64,000 nt of DNA from an uncultured bacterium (GCA_964512995.1 CAZELM010000009.1:21510-85509); one strand, 5' to 3'; shown: positions 50,694 to 61,025, numbered from the stretch's first letter. Notes: generated by a model from the letters alone, not told the origin. Numbers and translations are program-made.

Positions 50694-50923
50694 GCTTCGT
50701 TTCCTACCGGATCCGAGTAATTTACTTCTTCATGACGATTTTCATCCGTAATTCCCGCGACCAGTTCATCAAGGGTAAGCTTCTTTTTTGGTATAAGAAT
50801 CAATTTCCCTTTCTGCAGATAAATTTCAACTGATGAATTTTCTTCAATTCCTATTTCCGCCGCAAAGGGACGGGGTATTCTAACCGCGAGGCTGTTTCCC
50901 CATTTTTGAACTTTTGCTTTCAT
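50687..50923 (-). CDS. mazE: MazE/AbrB antitoxin
   Basis: KVQKWGNSLAVRIP, LTLDELVAGIT.EN.H.E, GNEAW. Confidence 0.92.
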   Translation of the reverse strand: MKAKVQKWGNSLAVRIPRPFAAEIGIEENSSVEIYLQKGKLILIPKKKLTLDELVAGITDENRHEEVNYSDPVGNEAW

Positions 50924-51279
50924 GTGTCACCTACGAATATTTCTTAGAAGATATATTTTGATGGAGGTGCCGTCAATTACGTTCATCGAGATCAATTCGG
51001 TACTGAAAACTCAGATGCTGACTTCGATCTCGTGCCTTTCCGATTTCCGCTTTCCTGGAGATGTTATAACAGGATGTAAAATGGCAGATAAGAATATTAT
51101 AGTGAGTTAACAGTTAAGGCAGATTTAACGGATGGCCTGTGTAAAAACGAGTGATGGCCTTCGAACACAAGGTGACGCTTCCAAGACTCGATCATGATGT
51201 GATCACAGGCGACGGATCTGATTTTTACTTGCCTATTATTTCCTTTTCCATCAGAATCGGGATAGACAGGAGGAGCGGT

Positions 51280-53253
51280 GTGAAGATTGGTGTGATCAGT
51301 TTTTATCTCATATTTCTGATTTCTATTTCCGCAAACAGTGCAATCATTCGGGTTCCGTATCAGTATGGAGATATCCAGACCGCCATCAACCATGCCCAAT
51401 CGGGGGACTCCATCGTCGTCAGTGATGGAACATATATCGGGGATGCGAACCGGGATCTGGAATTTGATGGAAAAGCGGTTGTCCTTATGTCAGAAAACGG
51501 TCCGGATCGCTGTATTATCGATTGCGAACGAACGGGTCGCGCTTTTTATTTTCATCATGCGGAGACGATTCAGACTGTGGTCCGGGGATTCTCCATCCGG
51601 AACGGTCTTGTGAGCAACAGCGGAGGAGCCATCTACTGCCAGAACGCGTCTCCTTGGATCGATCAGTGTATCATATCCGGCAATACAGCCGATCATGGTG
51701 GTGGTATTCGCTGCTATTATTCTTCACCAACTATTACCCGGTGTGTGATTACCAATAATTACGCCACAAATTATGGAGGAGGCGGCATTTTTTGTTATTC
51801 CAGCCAAACATCGGTATCTGCTCCACATATCGAAGATTCCACTATTTCTCACAATTACAGCACGGGATTTGGTGGCGGGATCTGTTGTTATGCTGATTCA
51901 GCTCCCGTTCTCATCAACAACACCATTTCCGAAAATACGGCTGTTCTGGACGGAGCGGGTATCTATGCCAATAATTCTCAGCCGCAGATCGATCGATGCA
52001 GTATATTGCATAATATGACCATATCTGGGAATGGCGCTGGGTATTTCTGTTCCAACACATCATCCCCAATGACGAACTCCAGTCTTACCGGAAATATCGC
52101 TCAGGAAGGGAGTGGTGCGGGATTCTATTGCATTCACAGCTCCCTGCTGATCGCCAACTGTCTGTTTTCAGCCAATACGTCCAATAATGATATGGGAGGC
52201 GGATTTTCATGTACGAATGGATCGCAGCCCACTCTTCTGCACTGTACATTTTCAGGCAATTTTTCGACCATCGGAGGAGGTGCAATCGCCTGTTTCGACT
52301 CCACCCCAACCATCCATAACAGCATTCTCTGGAACAATGGATCAGAAGAAATAGCCATCTCCAATGGAAATCCCCAGATCCAGTATTCGGATGTGGCCGG
52401 TGGATGGGAAGGGCTGGGAAATATCAGTTTGGATCCACGATTTGTTTCGACTGAGACCGGAGCGTTTTATCTCAGTCAGATCGCATCCGGACAAGAATCG
52501 GACAGCCCGTGTGTCAATACCGGGAGCTGTCTGGCTTCTCTGTCCTGTTTCAATATCCCGTCGGGAGAACTCTGCATGGATCTTTTAACAACGCGAACGG
52601 ATGGAGGTGCGGATACCGGACAGGCGGATATGGGATATCACGATGCCTCGAACCTGCCCACGCCTGAGCCGACGGCATCACCCATCTCAACCGCGACACA
52701 TCCACCCGAAACACCAACCCCCTCTCCGTCCGGGAGCCAGACTGCGACACATCCGCCAACAACAGAGCCCACTGCCTCTCCCACACAATCTCCCACCCGA
52801 ACACCAACGGGTAATCCATCGACGACACAGACGCCGAGTCCCTCCCAGACACCTTCCCCGCCCGTTGCCACCGAGTCTCCCACCGCTCCATGCTCGGCAT
52901 GGCGTGCCCAGATAACGATGCCGAGTGATCGGTTCAGCCCGGGTGATCCATGCTGGTGCAATATCTCCATCTGCAATCCAGAAAACACAGAATATCGGGG
53001 AGTTCCGGTATTTGCCGTTCTGGATGTCTATGGATCCCTGTTTTTTGCTCCATCGTTCACATCATTTGATTATTTTTCGGTCAATATCCCATCCGGAACC
53101 ATGGAATTGGCGGTATTGCCGTTGTTTTATTGGCCTTCGCATGCTGGAACGGCAGAAAACATTCTCTGGTATGCCGGGATAACCGATCGAACAATGACAG
53201 AGCTTTGGTGTCAAAGCGTCTTCCGCTTTGGCTGGTACGAATCGTTTCCTTGA
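51280..53253 (+). CDS. Secreted right-handed beta-helix (Pmp/pectin-lyase-like) protein with Pro/Thr linker and C-terminal Cys-containing domain
   Basis: AGGAGG RBS + GTG, signal peptide; IQTAI, GGAI/GGGI..N.A repeats, DPRF, SPCVNTG; PT-rich linker. Confidence 0.8.
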   Translation: MKIGVISFYLIFLISISANSAIIRVPYQYGDIQTAINHAQSGDSIVVSDGTYIGDANRDLEFDGKAVVLMSENGPDRCIIDCERTGRAFYFHHAETIQTVVRGFSIRNGLVSNSGGAIYCQNASPWIDQCIISGNTADHGGGIRCYYSSPTITRCVITNNYATNYGGGGIFCYSSQTSVSAPHIEDSTISHNYSTGFGGGICCYADSAPVLINNTISENTAVLDGAGIYANNSQPQIDRCSILHNMTISGNGAGYFCSNTSSPMTNSSLTGNIAQEGSGAGFYCIHSSLLIANCLFSANTSNNDMGGGFSCTNGSQPTLLHCTFSGNFSTIGGGAIACFDSTPTIHNSILWNNGSEEIAISNGNPQIQYSDVAGGWEGLGNISLDPRFVSTETGAFYLSQIASGQESDSPCVNTGSCLASLSCFNIPSGELCMDLLTTRTDGGADTGQADMGYHDASNLPTPEPTASPISTATHPPETPTPSPSGSQTATHPPTTEPTASPTQSPTRTPTGNPSTTQTPSPSQTPSPPVATESPTAPCSAWRAQITMPSDRFSPGDPCWCNISICNPENTEYRGVPVFAVLDVYGSLFFAPSFTSFDYFSVNIPSGTMELAVLPLFYWPSHAGTAENILWYAGITDRTMTELWCQSVFRFGWYESFP

Positions 53254-53297
53254 TCACAATATATATTATATGACACGTTTAACGGTCCGCTAACACC

Positions 53298-53337
53298 ATC
53301 CTGTGTAATCCAATAGTAGTGGCATCTGCGGTTCAGA
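53298..53337 (+). repeat. Diverged copy of the GTGTAATCC...ATCTG.GGTTCAGA intergenic repeat
   Basis: ATCCTGTGTAATCCAA...ATCTGCGGTTCAGA shares its core with the copies at 61713 and 62753. Confidence 0.6.
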
Positions 53338-53339
53338 AT

Positions 53340-54239
53340 TTACTCAGACGGTACCGGCTTCCGCAATGACGGTTTCCGAAGCGTTGCCCGGACTTCGAGC
53401 GCATTGTTTTCGTTGAACCGGGTCATATCCACCTCCGGCATGTGCTGTTTCACCAGATCGACGACATCCTCGATCATCGACTCCAGAACAGCCACCGCCT
53501 GGGATGGTTCCTCCGTAAACACCGCCTGGATTCGTTGAAGCATATCCTCCGGTTTGATCGACATCCGGTTGAGATAATGTGCCAGCCATCGAGGCTCCAG
53601 CGGAGAAAAATACAGATGATTCAACCCACCCAGGATCGCCATCAGTCGCTTGATCGTCATACAGAATGCATCATGGTAGAAGACGATCTCGTTTCGCTGG
53701 ACGCCCTGGTTCAGCACACATCCCCGCCAGAAAAACCCCAGATTCATCGTGACGATCTTGACCGCTAGTGGATGCGGATAGACCTCGACATCTTTCCGAA
53801 GCGTGGCATACAATTCGGATCCGTATATTGGAACAGCATCGAGAAATCCGTCGATCGTCTTGATCTTGTAAGGGGAAGGATCATATTTTTCGACCACATC
53901 AGCGGTGAGTTGGTTCCACTCATCGAGCGTTATGTGGCCAACTTCGAAAATCAGCGTGTCGAAATAATACAATTCCATTTGAATCGTTCCACCAGGATCG
54001 CTCATGACGAGTCGCAGGTCGCCGCCATATTCCGCCAACGGATGCGCCGTCAGAAACGCCGGATCGATCGTGTCCCAGTAAACGACCATGTCGATATCGG
54101 AGTATTGATCCGCCAGTCCCCGGCTTGGTGACCCTCCCAGCAAAATCATCCGGACATGACTGTTTGCGGAGTATACCCGAGATAATTCCTGAGCGAATGC
54201 AATGCGCCAGGCACTGGCTGTACGTTTTTCTGAGTCCAT
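53340..54239 (-). CDS. Pol-beta-fold nucleotidyltransferase with DUF4037-like helical domain
   Basis: GGSPSRGLADQYSDID (GS...DxD) followed by a helical C-terminal domain. Confidence 0.75.
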   Translation of the reverse strand: MDSEKRTASAWRIAFAQELSRVYSANSHVRMILLGGSPSRGLADQYSDIDMVVYWDTIDPAFLTAHPLAEYGGDLRLVMSDPGGTIQMELYYFDTLIFEVGHITLDEWNQLTADVVEKYDPSPYKIKTIDGFLDAVPIYGSELYATLRKDVEVYPHPLAVKIVTMNLGFFWRGCVLNQGVQRNEIVFYHDAFCMTIKRLMAILGGLNHLYFSPLEPRWLAHYLNRMSIKPEDMLQRIQAVFTEEPSQAVAVLESMIEDVVDLVKQHMPEVDMTRFNENNALEVRATLRKPSLRKPVPSE

Positions 54240-54282
54240 TGTGTGTTCTCCTGTTCATGCACGTATTTACATTTTCTTAATG

Positions 54283-54636
54283 CTATTTATGAACCGCAAA
54301 ACGGACACCGGTCTCCGTAACGACTACAAATCGATTGGGCAGAACTGAAGAGTGGTTCAGAAGTAACTTGCGGAGAATTTCGATTTTATTAGTGGATCGC
54401 TCGTTATCGAGTCGTATCAATACAATACCTTTGTGCGGATGGTGCTCACGGTATACTTTCTCCCCGAAATCTTTATCATTTGTAATCAAGATCCATTCCT
54501 CCGTATTTGCTTTCTGGATGATCAGCGTATCTTCTAATCCTGGAGCTTCATCATATACAGAAAATACCTCATGATTATGTTTTCTGAGCCATTCTGCAAC
54601 GGCCGGACCGGTACACTCATCTACCAGAGATTTTAA
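54283..54636 (-). pseudogene. DUF5615/PIN-like toxin lacking a canonical start codon
   Basis: Open frame LKSLVDECTGPAVAEWL...WILITNDKDFGE begins with TTA right after the antitoxin TAA; no ATG/GTG/TTG before codon 50. Confidence 0.6.
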
Positions 54637-54885
54637 TTATGCTGTTTCTGTTTCGAAGGGCATGAAGGTCGTTTTTTCTAATGAGCGAGTGGCAAATAGC
54701 AGACAGGCGTATATATCCTCTGGAGTTAGTCCACGGTACTCTTCAAGAATTTCCGACATGGTCGATCCATGCGCCAGCAAATTCAATATATACTCGACGC
54801 TTAAACGAGTTCCCTTAACAACAGGCTTCCCGACCAAAATTTTCGAATTCACTGCGATTCGATCCAAAAGGTGCTGATCATTCAT
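54637..54885 (-). CDS. DUF433 antitoxin-like protein
   Basis: RIAVNSKILVGKPVVKGTRLSV...EY.GLTPEDIYACL. Confidence 0.9.
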   Translation of the reverse strand: MNDQHLLDRIAVNSKILVGKPVVKGTRLSVEYILNLLAHGSTMSEILEEYRGLTPEDIYACLLFATRSLEKTTFMPFETETA

Positions 54886-55022
54886 AATATATACCTCCAG
54901 TATTGATTATACATTAATCGGTAAATTGAAAAAGTGATGATCGAAAAATCGACATACATGTAACCCAACGTATTTCATCGAATATGTTCAACCAATATTC
55001 AAACAGCCAGGTTTTTTCTCGA

Positions 55023-58000
55023 TCACACCTTGATCACCATGTCGCCGTCCAGCCGGCAGATCCCGGTTTTGCAAATCAGATAGACGCCTTCTTCGATGGC
55101 ACACCGTCCACCCGACGTCAGTCTCCGGATTCCAAAAACCCGTGCGGTTTCACGGACGAGATCGTCGACGGTCATGCTGAAGTGCAGGAGCATCACCTGT
55201 GCCGCTGCGTTGGCGATCTCTTCCGGACAGATCTCCCCCACCGGACGACCAGTTTCCGAATCCACCCGGAAAATCTCGTATTTTTGAGTGACAAGCGCTT
55301 GAGTCCAGATGAATTCCCGTTCTCCGGACCGGCGGATCGGATAACCATGCGCCTGGACTGCCCGTTCGATGATCTCCCGGATGCGGCTCCCGGTTCGTTT
55401 CAGTCCCCAGCATGCCGCGACACGGGAACACAGTGTGTCCAGCAGGATCGGTGCTTCCACCTTGATAATGGCATCCATCAGACGGGCAATTTTTGCTCCA
55501 TTTGCCGGATCATGGAACGAACCCGTGAAGGTGTGCCGTGTCGCATCGTATCGTGTATATTCTGTCTGCCCCGGAAGTTTCAGCTCCACCGGAAATTCCA
55601 TTCCGGACAAACCGCAATCGGAGTGATGCGTTGGCGTGAACACAGTCCGTTGGCGATATGTTGAATCGGATGGTTCCGGAACCGGTTCCGCCTGCGGAAA
55701 TCTCAAATCGGGAGGTGGATCCACATCTTGGGGAGTTGTGATGGTGCGGCTGTTCATGGCTTCCTGCAAGGCATGCTGAATCTTTGTCAATTCGATGGGC
55801 CTCTGGAGCCACCAGTCGTTCGACCAGATCCGCTGGAGCCGCCATCCCAGTCCTTCCAGCACCCGCTGCCGGATCCAGTCGCGATCCCGAGCCGACTTGG
55901 CGCTGCAGTAGTTTTTACCATCACACTCGATCCCCAGGAGATACCGTCCCGGCGCATCCGGATCCCGAACCGCCAGATCGATTCGGTATCCGGAACATCC
56001 GACCTGCCGGTCCACCGAGTATCCAAGCCGGACCAGTTCGCTGCAGATCGATTGCTCAAACGGCTCATCTGTTACAGGATTGTGATGGGGATCAGAATCC
56101 TGCAATGCGATCGGACCCCGTCTGGCATAATCGAGGAATGCCCGGAGATGATGGACGCCCGTGGATTTCGTCCGCGACAAATCGATCTGTTCGGGTCTGA
56201 TCGTCGAGAAAACGAGCAACTGCTTACGGGCACGGGTGATCGCGACATTCAGCCGGCGTTCGCCGCCCTTGTTGTTGAGCGGACCAAAATTCATGCGCAC
56301 CACGCCATTGGCATCGGGCCCATAACAGATCGAGAACAGAATGACATCCCGTTCATCCCCCTGGACCGTTTCCAGATTCTTCACGAATACCGGTTCGTGG
56401 ACGCCGGTGAAAAATGGTTCGATGTCCGGGGTTTGCCCCCGGGCGGCATCCAGCAGATCTTCCACGAGCGTTTGTTGGGCCGTGCTGAACGTCACCACTC
56501 CCATTGATTCATTCTGCCGGAGGGGATCGCGCAGACGTTGAACGATTTCCGCGACAACCCGTTCTGCTTCCGGACGATTGGTGCGGGTTTTTCCATGATC
56601 GTAGACACCGTCCGGAACCTCCCGCCACTGAACACCCAGCCATGTGTCCTCTGCGATGGCTGCGGGGAATGTGAGAAGCCGGTTTTCGTAATACTGCCGG
56701 TTGCTGAACGCGATCAGACTCTCGTGGCGGCTGCGATAATGCCAGTCCAGGCGCAGGGGCGTCAGGCCGGCGGCTTCGGATTCATCCAGAATGCTCTCCA
56801 TCTCTTCCGGTAGATCCTCTTCCACAATATCTTCATCCGCTTTCATCCGTTCAAAGAAGGTTGTGGGTGGAAGCTGCCGGGAGTCTCCGACGACGATCAG
56901 TTGATGGCCACGCGCAATGGCTCCAATGGCTTCATACGTCGGCATCTGAGAGGCTTCATCGAAAACGATCATGTCGAACCGGGGAAAGTCGACACCGATG
57001 AATTGTGCGACGGACAACGGGCTCATCAGTACGCAGGGCTTGCATCTGGCCAGGGCATTCGGACATTCCTTGAAGATCTGGCGAATCGTTTTCCTGCCTC
57101 CTTGAACGAACCGCTGGAGGATTCCGGATTCCGAACTTGCCGGCGTTCGTTGACTCGATGCGATCAGGCGTGGAAGTCCCTGAGCGATCCGGCTGAAACT
57201 CTCGGTCTGCGTCAGACGGGCGATTTTGGCTTCCTGCGCTTGAAACTCCCGGATTTTCAGATCGTGTTGTTTACCGATAAATCCGGATAATGATGGAATC
57301 GATCGGAGAATCGTTCGGATCCACCAGTCGGCAAAGGAATGCTCAAAAATATCATCCAGCCGATCCGCGCCGATCGTTCCGTTTTCCAGTGCGTCAATGA
57401 TATCGTTGAGTTCATGATCCACTGCTTTCACTCGTGCTTTCTGATAATACGCCCATTCGCGGAGCTGCGGGAGGTGTTCGGAAAGCGATCGGCAGGCTGT
57501 TTCCATTCGCCCGATCATTCCGGACTGGGTCTCCCCTCCCCATGCGAGTGCCGGATCGAGATGAAGGATCGTTTCCAGGTGAGCCCGTGCAGTTTCGAGC
57601 TGATGGAAGAGATCCCGGAACGCTCCGGCCGCCTGACCATTGGGATTGTTTGGGGAAAAGGTCTGCGGGTGTTCCACTGCCATATCAATCCAGGTGGTCC
57701 GCTGTTTTGTTTTCTCCTGTGGAGTGGCTCCCGGCGCTTCATCCAGCAGGATACGATAGGCACCGGCCCATTCGATGACATGGTCGAGATTGATCCAGTC
57801 GGAATCCAGTCCCTGCCAGAATGAGCCGAAATACTTGCTCAGAAAATCGTTCCGCTCGTCCAGTTTGGCGATATTCATCCGCAACGCGAGCGCCGTATTC
57901 AGGTTTTCTTCCAGAATATTCCAGTCCATTTTGCGTTTCTGATCGTTGGAGACGCTCCGGAGCGTTTTCCTTACAACGCTGCCCAGACGCCATCGTTTCA

Positions 58001-61000
58001 GAAACCAGGATGTTTTTCGGGTGTGTAATTTTTCAATCAGATCCGGCAGATCGAGTATGAGCAGATCCGGTGTGAATTTTTCGAATAATCGGGCGCGTGT
58101 TTGGGAGCACTCCCGGGCATGCCGGATCCACTGTTCCAGCAATGTTTGGATGGCTGGCCAATCCGCATCGGCCAGAATCGGTCGGGTGACGGGAGGCACG
58201 GATTCCAGTTTTTTAAACACCTGCAATATCAGTCCGGCGTCGGATCGGGACAGGGTGGACGGATCCAGGCTCACGATGGGCAACAGAGAGGTGGCTACTG
58301 TTTGAAGCGCTGCCAATGGCGTTTGGATGTCCTGGATCGCACGCATCGCATCGTCGTCAATGCCATAGACCCACTCCGTCAGACGAACCGCTTTGAGTGG
58401 ATGACCAGCGGGATTTCCGCATATCCGGACTGCTTCCATCACTTCCTGAACCGCCCGGACTATCTGATCGTAATCCGTTCCGGTACGATGATGGTAGTCC
58501 TTCAGTTTCAATGGCACTTTCACACTGCCGGCGTGACCGATGAGCCGGGATATTGCCCAATACGCACTCTTTGTGAACGCACGGGACAGGTGAAGATCTT
58601 CAATGTAATGGTTTAAGTTTTGACGCAGTGTGCTCAGGTGACCGGTTTCAGCCTCCCATCGGTGATTGGCTCCGGTGTCGGTGATATGGAACGCATCCCG
58701 CAACTGGTTCCGGAACGATTCCTTGGTGGTCTTGTTGGAATGCAGCTCCAGACAGAATGGACCCAATCCGATATCGGCCAGACGTTTATGGACGACATCC
58801 AGAGCGGCTCGTTTTTGGGCGACAAACAGAACCCGTTTGCCCAGCGTAAGGCAATGGGCGATCAAATTGGTGATGGTCTGGGACTTTCCGGTGCCGGGAG
58901 GTCCTTGCAGGATGAATGTCCGGCCCTCTGCCGCAGCCAGAACCGCTCGAAGCTGAGAGGAATCTGCAGGCAGCGGACAGAATATCCCGGATGGCGGATA
59001 GGTCGTATCGAGTGTATCGAGTTCCGGAAATGGTGCGACGGGCTCATAGGCTTCGTTCGACGATTCGATCAGATGACGGACAACCGCGTTCTGTCTGAGC
59101 TGGTCGGCGTTTGCTTCCAGATCCTGCCACATGAAAAATTTGGAAAAGGTAAAAATGGACAGGCAGGACTCCTCCACCACTTTCCAGCCGGGTTCCCGCT
59201 TGATCGCATTCCGGATGGTCAACAGGATACGCTGAACATCCAGGCCGGATGCATCTTCTGGCAGTGGATCGAGCCCATCGATGGCGATACTGAAATCTGT
59301 TTTCAGTTTTTGGAGCAGCGTGATGTTGATCCGGGTTTCTTCGTCGATCCGGTGGATTCGAAATCCATCGCGGATGGATTTCCGCTCGATACTCATGGGA
59401 ATCAGCAGGATGGGAGCCCGGCGGGGCGTGTCCTGTTTTCCCGGTTCTGTCCAGACCAGGAACCCGAGTGCCAGGAACAAGGTGTTGGCTCCCCCTTCAT
59501 CGAGCCCCAGACGTGCTTCCCGTTCGATGTGAATGAGACGGGCCGCGAGCTCATTTTCCGGGATCGCAGCGTGAATCCGTTTCTGATCCAGTTCCTGTTT
59601 CAGATAATCGGAAAGAGCGTTCTGACCGGTCTGTTCCCGATGCAATGCGGCATTCCGGGGATCCTGATCACCCCATGCATCCGGTCGCGGCCGAACCCGG
59701 AATATCGCATCTGCCGCCAGTCCGTCCTCCAGCGACGCGATATCCGGACACAGAAGCGGAATCGCTTTTTTGGATTCTCTGAAATTGAGCAGCCGGTTAC
59801 GGAGACTCAGATCCAGCAGATTCGTTTTCCATCGGTTCAGTCGATCCCGAGGTGTTTCCTGGTTTCGTTTTGTCCGCAGATCATCCACCTGATCGATGGA
59901 TTCAGGCGATTCCTGATTAAAAGGGAATTCAGTGAATATGACGTCTCCGGAGCTGCTGTCTGGGTGGTGGTTATCCGCAACGGCAGCGGTCTCCGTCAGG
60001 CACAGGGGCCGGATGCCCAGCCTCCGGGCGGCATGGATATCCACAGCAAACTGAAATCGGGATTCGTCGTGGAGATGTTCCTTCGCCTGCTCCTGAGTGA
60101 TTTTAAAACTCACAGCAGGCGTCCGGGTAATGGTGGTTGATTCGATCACCAGAAACTCACCGAGCCCGATCCGGTTCAGCAGAATCGAGCCGTAACGGGT
60201 GGCAGGGTCATCGAAGGATTTCTCGACCAGCCAGACACCGGGAAACGAATGACCTTTGATAAAGACGACAACGGGCCGCAATCCGGCCTGCTCGAAACAG
60301 GCGGCCAGTAGAACCGTGGTATCGAGACAGGTACCGAGTTTACGATCGAGGATGTGTTCCGGAGTGCGGATTTTCTGCCCGGTATTTTCGAAACTCGCTG
60401 GAGGGTTGATATAGCTGATGTTCTGTTGGGATGCAGCGAAGTAGATAGCGGCCACTTGTGTATAGACCGATCGCGGATCGCTACTCTGATACCCGGATAA
60501 TGAACCATCGATCTTTCGCTCCTGCAGCAACCGGGACGCATGAGCCAGAATCCGTTCCACCGCAGGATCATTGGGGAGGACATGTGCAGCGATGATCTCC
60601 GGCAGTGTGGATATGCCGAACCATTCGTTGTATGCCAATACAGACAATGGGTAGCTATGTCGATGAACCGGGAGTTGAGCACCCGTTGCTTCGATCCATA
60701 GCTGCCCCTCCTCCCGTTCGGACTGCCGGCGAAGGGGTTCGCGAAGCAAGGTGAGCGACAGATCGGATACGGTTTGGGATGAATGGGCTGGGATGGTTTC
60801 GATATACAGGGTTTTTTCTTCAAAAACCAGGGGATCGCTCCAGATCCGGACACGCAACTCGGTCATGATATCGGGGGTTGGATTTTGGATAACGAGACCG
60901 CGAATCAGTGGTACTGCGTTTTGCTGCATGGCAAAATTGACAAACCGGGTATACTCCAAATGGATCACTATCCTGGATTCCGGGTCTGTTGAATCGGATC

Positions 61001-61025
61001 GTGTCACCATGAATGCGCCCTCCAA
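55023..61025 (-). CDS. DUF4011-SF1 helicase-Vsr-like nuclease-DUF3320 protein (Hhe-like defence protein) with N-terminal transglutaminase-like domain; likely start ATG 61010
   Basis: WKTNLLDLSLRNRLLNF (DUF4011); GPPGTGKSQT, FDEASQ, HYRSRHESLI, NVAITRAR (SF1); YRIDLAV...LGIECDG...ARDRD...GW (Vsr/DUF559-like); N-terminal GTCLD...GH. Confidence 0.9.
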   Translation of the reverse strand: MEGAFMVTRSDSTDPESRIVIHLEYTRFVNFAMQQNAVPLIRGLVIQNPTPDIMTELRVRIWSDPLVFEEKTLYIETIPAHSSQTVSDLSLTLLREPLRRQSEREEGQLWIEATGAQLPVHRHSYPLSVLAYNEWFGISTLPEIIAAHVLPNDPAVERILAHASRLLQERKIDGSLSGYQSSDPRSVYTQVAAIYFAASQQNISYINPPASFENTGQKIRTPEHILDRKLGTCLDTTVLLAACFEQAGLRPVVVFIKGHSFPGVWLVEKSFDDPATRYGSILLNRIGLGEFLVIESTTITRTPAVSFKITQEQAKEHLHDESRFQFAVDIHAARRLGIRPLCLTETAAVADNHHPDSSSGDVIFTEFPFNQESPESIDQVDDLRTKRNQETPRDRLNRWKTNLLDLSLRNRLLNFRESKKAIPLLCPDIASLEDGLAADAIFRVRPRPDAWGDQDPRNAALHREQTGQNALSDYLKQELDQKRIHAAIPENELAARLIHIEREARLGLDEGGANTLFLALGFLVWTEPGKQDTPRRAPILLIPMSIERKSIRDGFRIHRIDEETRINITLLQKLKTDFSIAIDGLDPLPEDASGLDVQRILLTIRNAIKREPGWKVVEESCLSIFTFSKFFMWQDLEANADQLRQNAVVRHLIESSNEAYEPVAPFPELDTLDTTYPPSGIFCPLPADSSQLRAVLAAAEGRTFILQGPPGTGKSQTITNLIAHCLTLGKRVLFVAQKRAALDVVHKRLADIGLGPFCLELHSNKTTKESFRNQLRDAFHITDTGANHRWEAETGHLSTLRQNLNHYIEDLHLSRAFTKSAYWAISRLIGHAGSVKVPLKLKDYHHRTGTDYDQIVRAVQEVMEAVRICGNPAGHPLKAVRLTEWVYGIDDDAMRAIQDIQTPLAALQTVATSLLPIVSLDPSTLSRSDAGLILQVFKKLESVPPVTRPILADADWPAIQTLLEQWIRHARECSQTRARLFEKFTPDLLILDLPDLIEKLHTRKTSWFLKRWRLGSVVRKTLRSVSNDQKRKMDWNILEENLNTALALRMNIAKLDERNDFLSKYFGSFWQGLDSDWINLDHVIEWAGAYRILLDEAPGATPQEKTKQRTTWIDMAVEHPQTFSPNNPNGQAAGAFRDLFHQLETARAHLETILHLDPALAWGGETQSGMIGRMETACRSLSEHLPQLREWAYYQKARVKAVDHELNDIIDALENGTIGADRLDDIFEHSFADWWIRTILRSIPSLSGFIGKQHDLKIREFQAQEAKIARLTQTESFSRIAQGLPRLIASSQRTPASSESGILQRFVQGGRKTIRQIFKECPNALARCKPCVLMSPLSVAQFIGVDFPRFDMIVFDEASQMPTYEAIGAIARGHQLIVVGDSRQLPPTTFFERMKADEDIVEEDLPEEMESILDESEAAGLTPLRLDWHYRSRHESLIAFSNRQYYENRLLTFPAAIAEDTWLGVQWREVPDGVYDHGKTRTNRPEAERVVAEIVQRLRDPLRQNESMGVVTFSTAQQTLVEDLLDAARGQTPDIEPFFTGVHEPVFVKNLETVQGDERDVILFSICYGPDANGVVRMNFGPLNNKGGERRLNVAITRARKQLLVFSTIRPEQIDLSRTKSTGVHHLRAFLDYARRGPIALQDSDPHHNPVTDEPFEQSICSELVRLGYSVDRQVGCSGYRIDLAVRDPDAPGRYLLGIECDGKNYCSAKSARDRDWIRQRVLEGLGWRLQRIWSNDWWLQRPIELTKIQHALQEAMNSRTITTPQDVDPPPDLRFPQAEPVPEPSDSTYRQRTVFTPTHHSDCGLSGMEFPVELKLPGQTEYTRYDATRHTFTGSFHDPANGAKIARLMDAIIKVEAPILLDTLCSRVAACWGLKRTGSRIREIIERAVQAHGYPIRRSGEREFIWTQALVTQKYEIFRVDSETGRPVGEICPEEIANAAAQVMLLHFSMTVDDLVRETARVFGIRRLTSGGRCAIEEGVYLICKTGICRLDGDMVIKV

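Noticed and set aside
52660-52890. Pro/Thr repeat region as a DNA tandem repeat or CRISPR
   Set aside because: Degenerate coding linker; no constant repeat-spacer periodicity
58620-60140. 506-aa plus-strand ORF
   Set aside because: Antisense to the helicase gene, no recognisable motifs; expected from codon bias in GC-richer DNA
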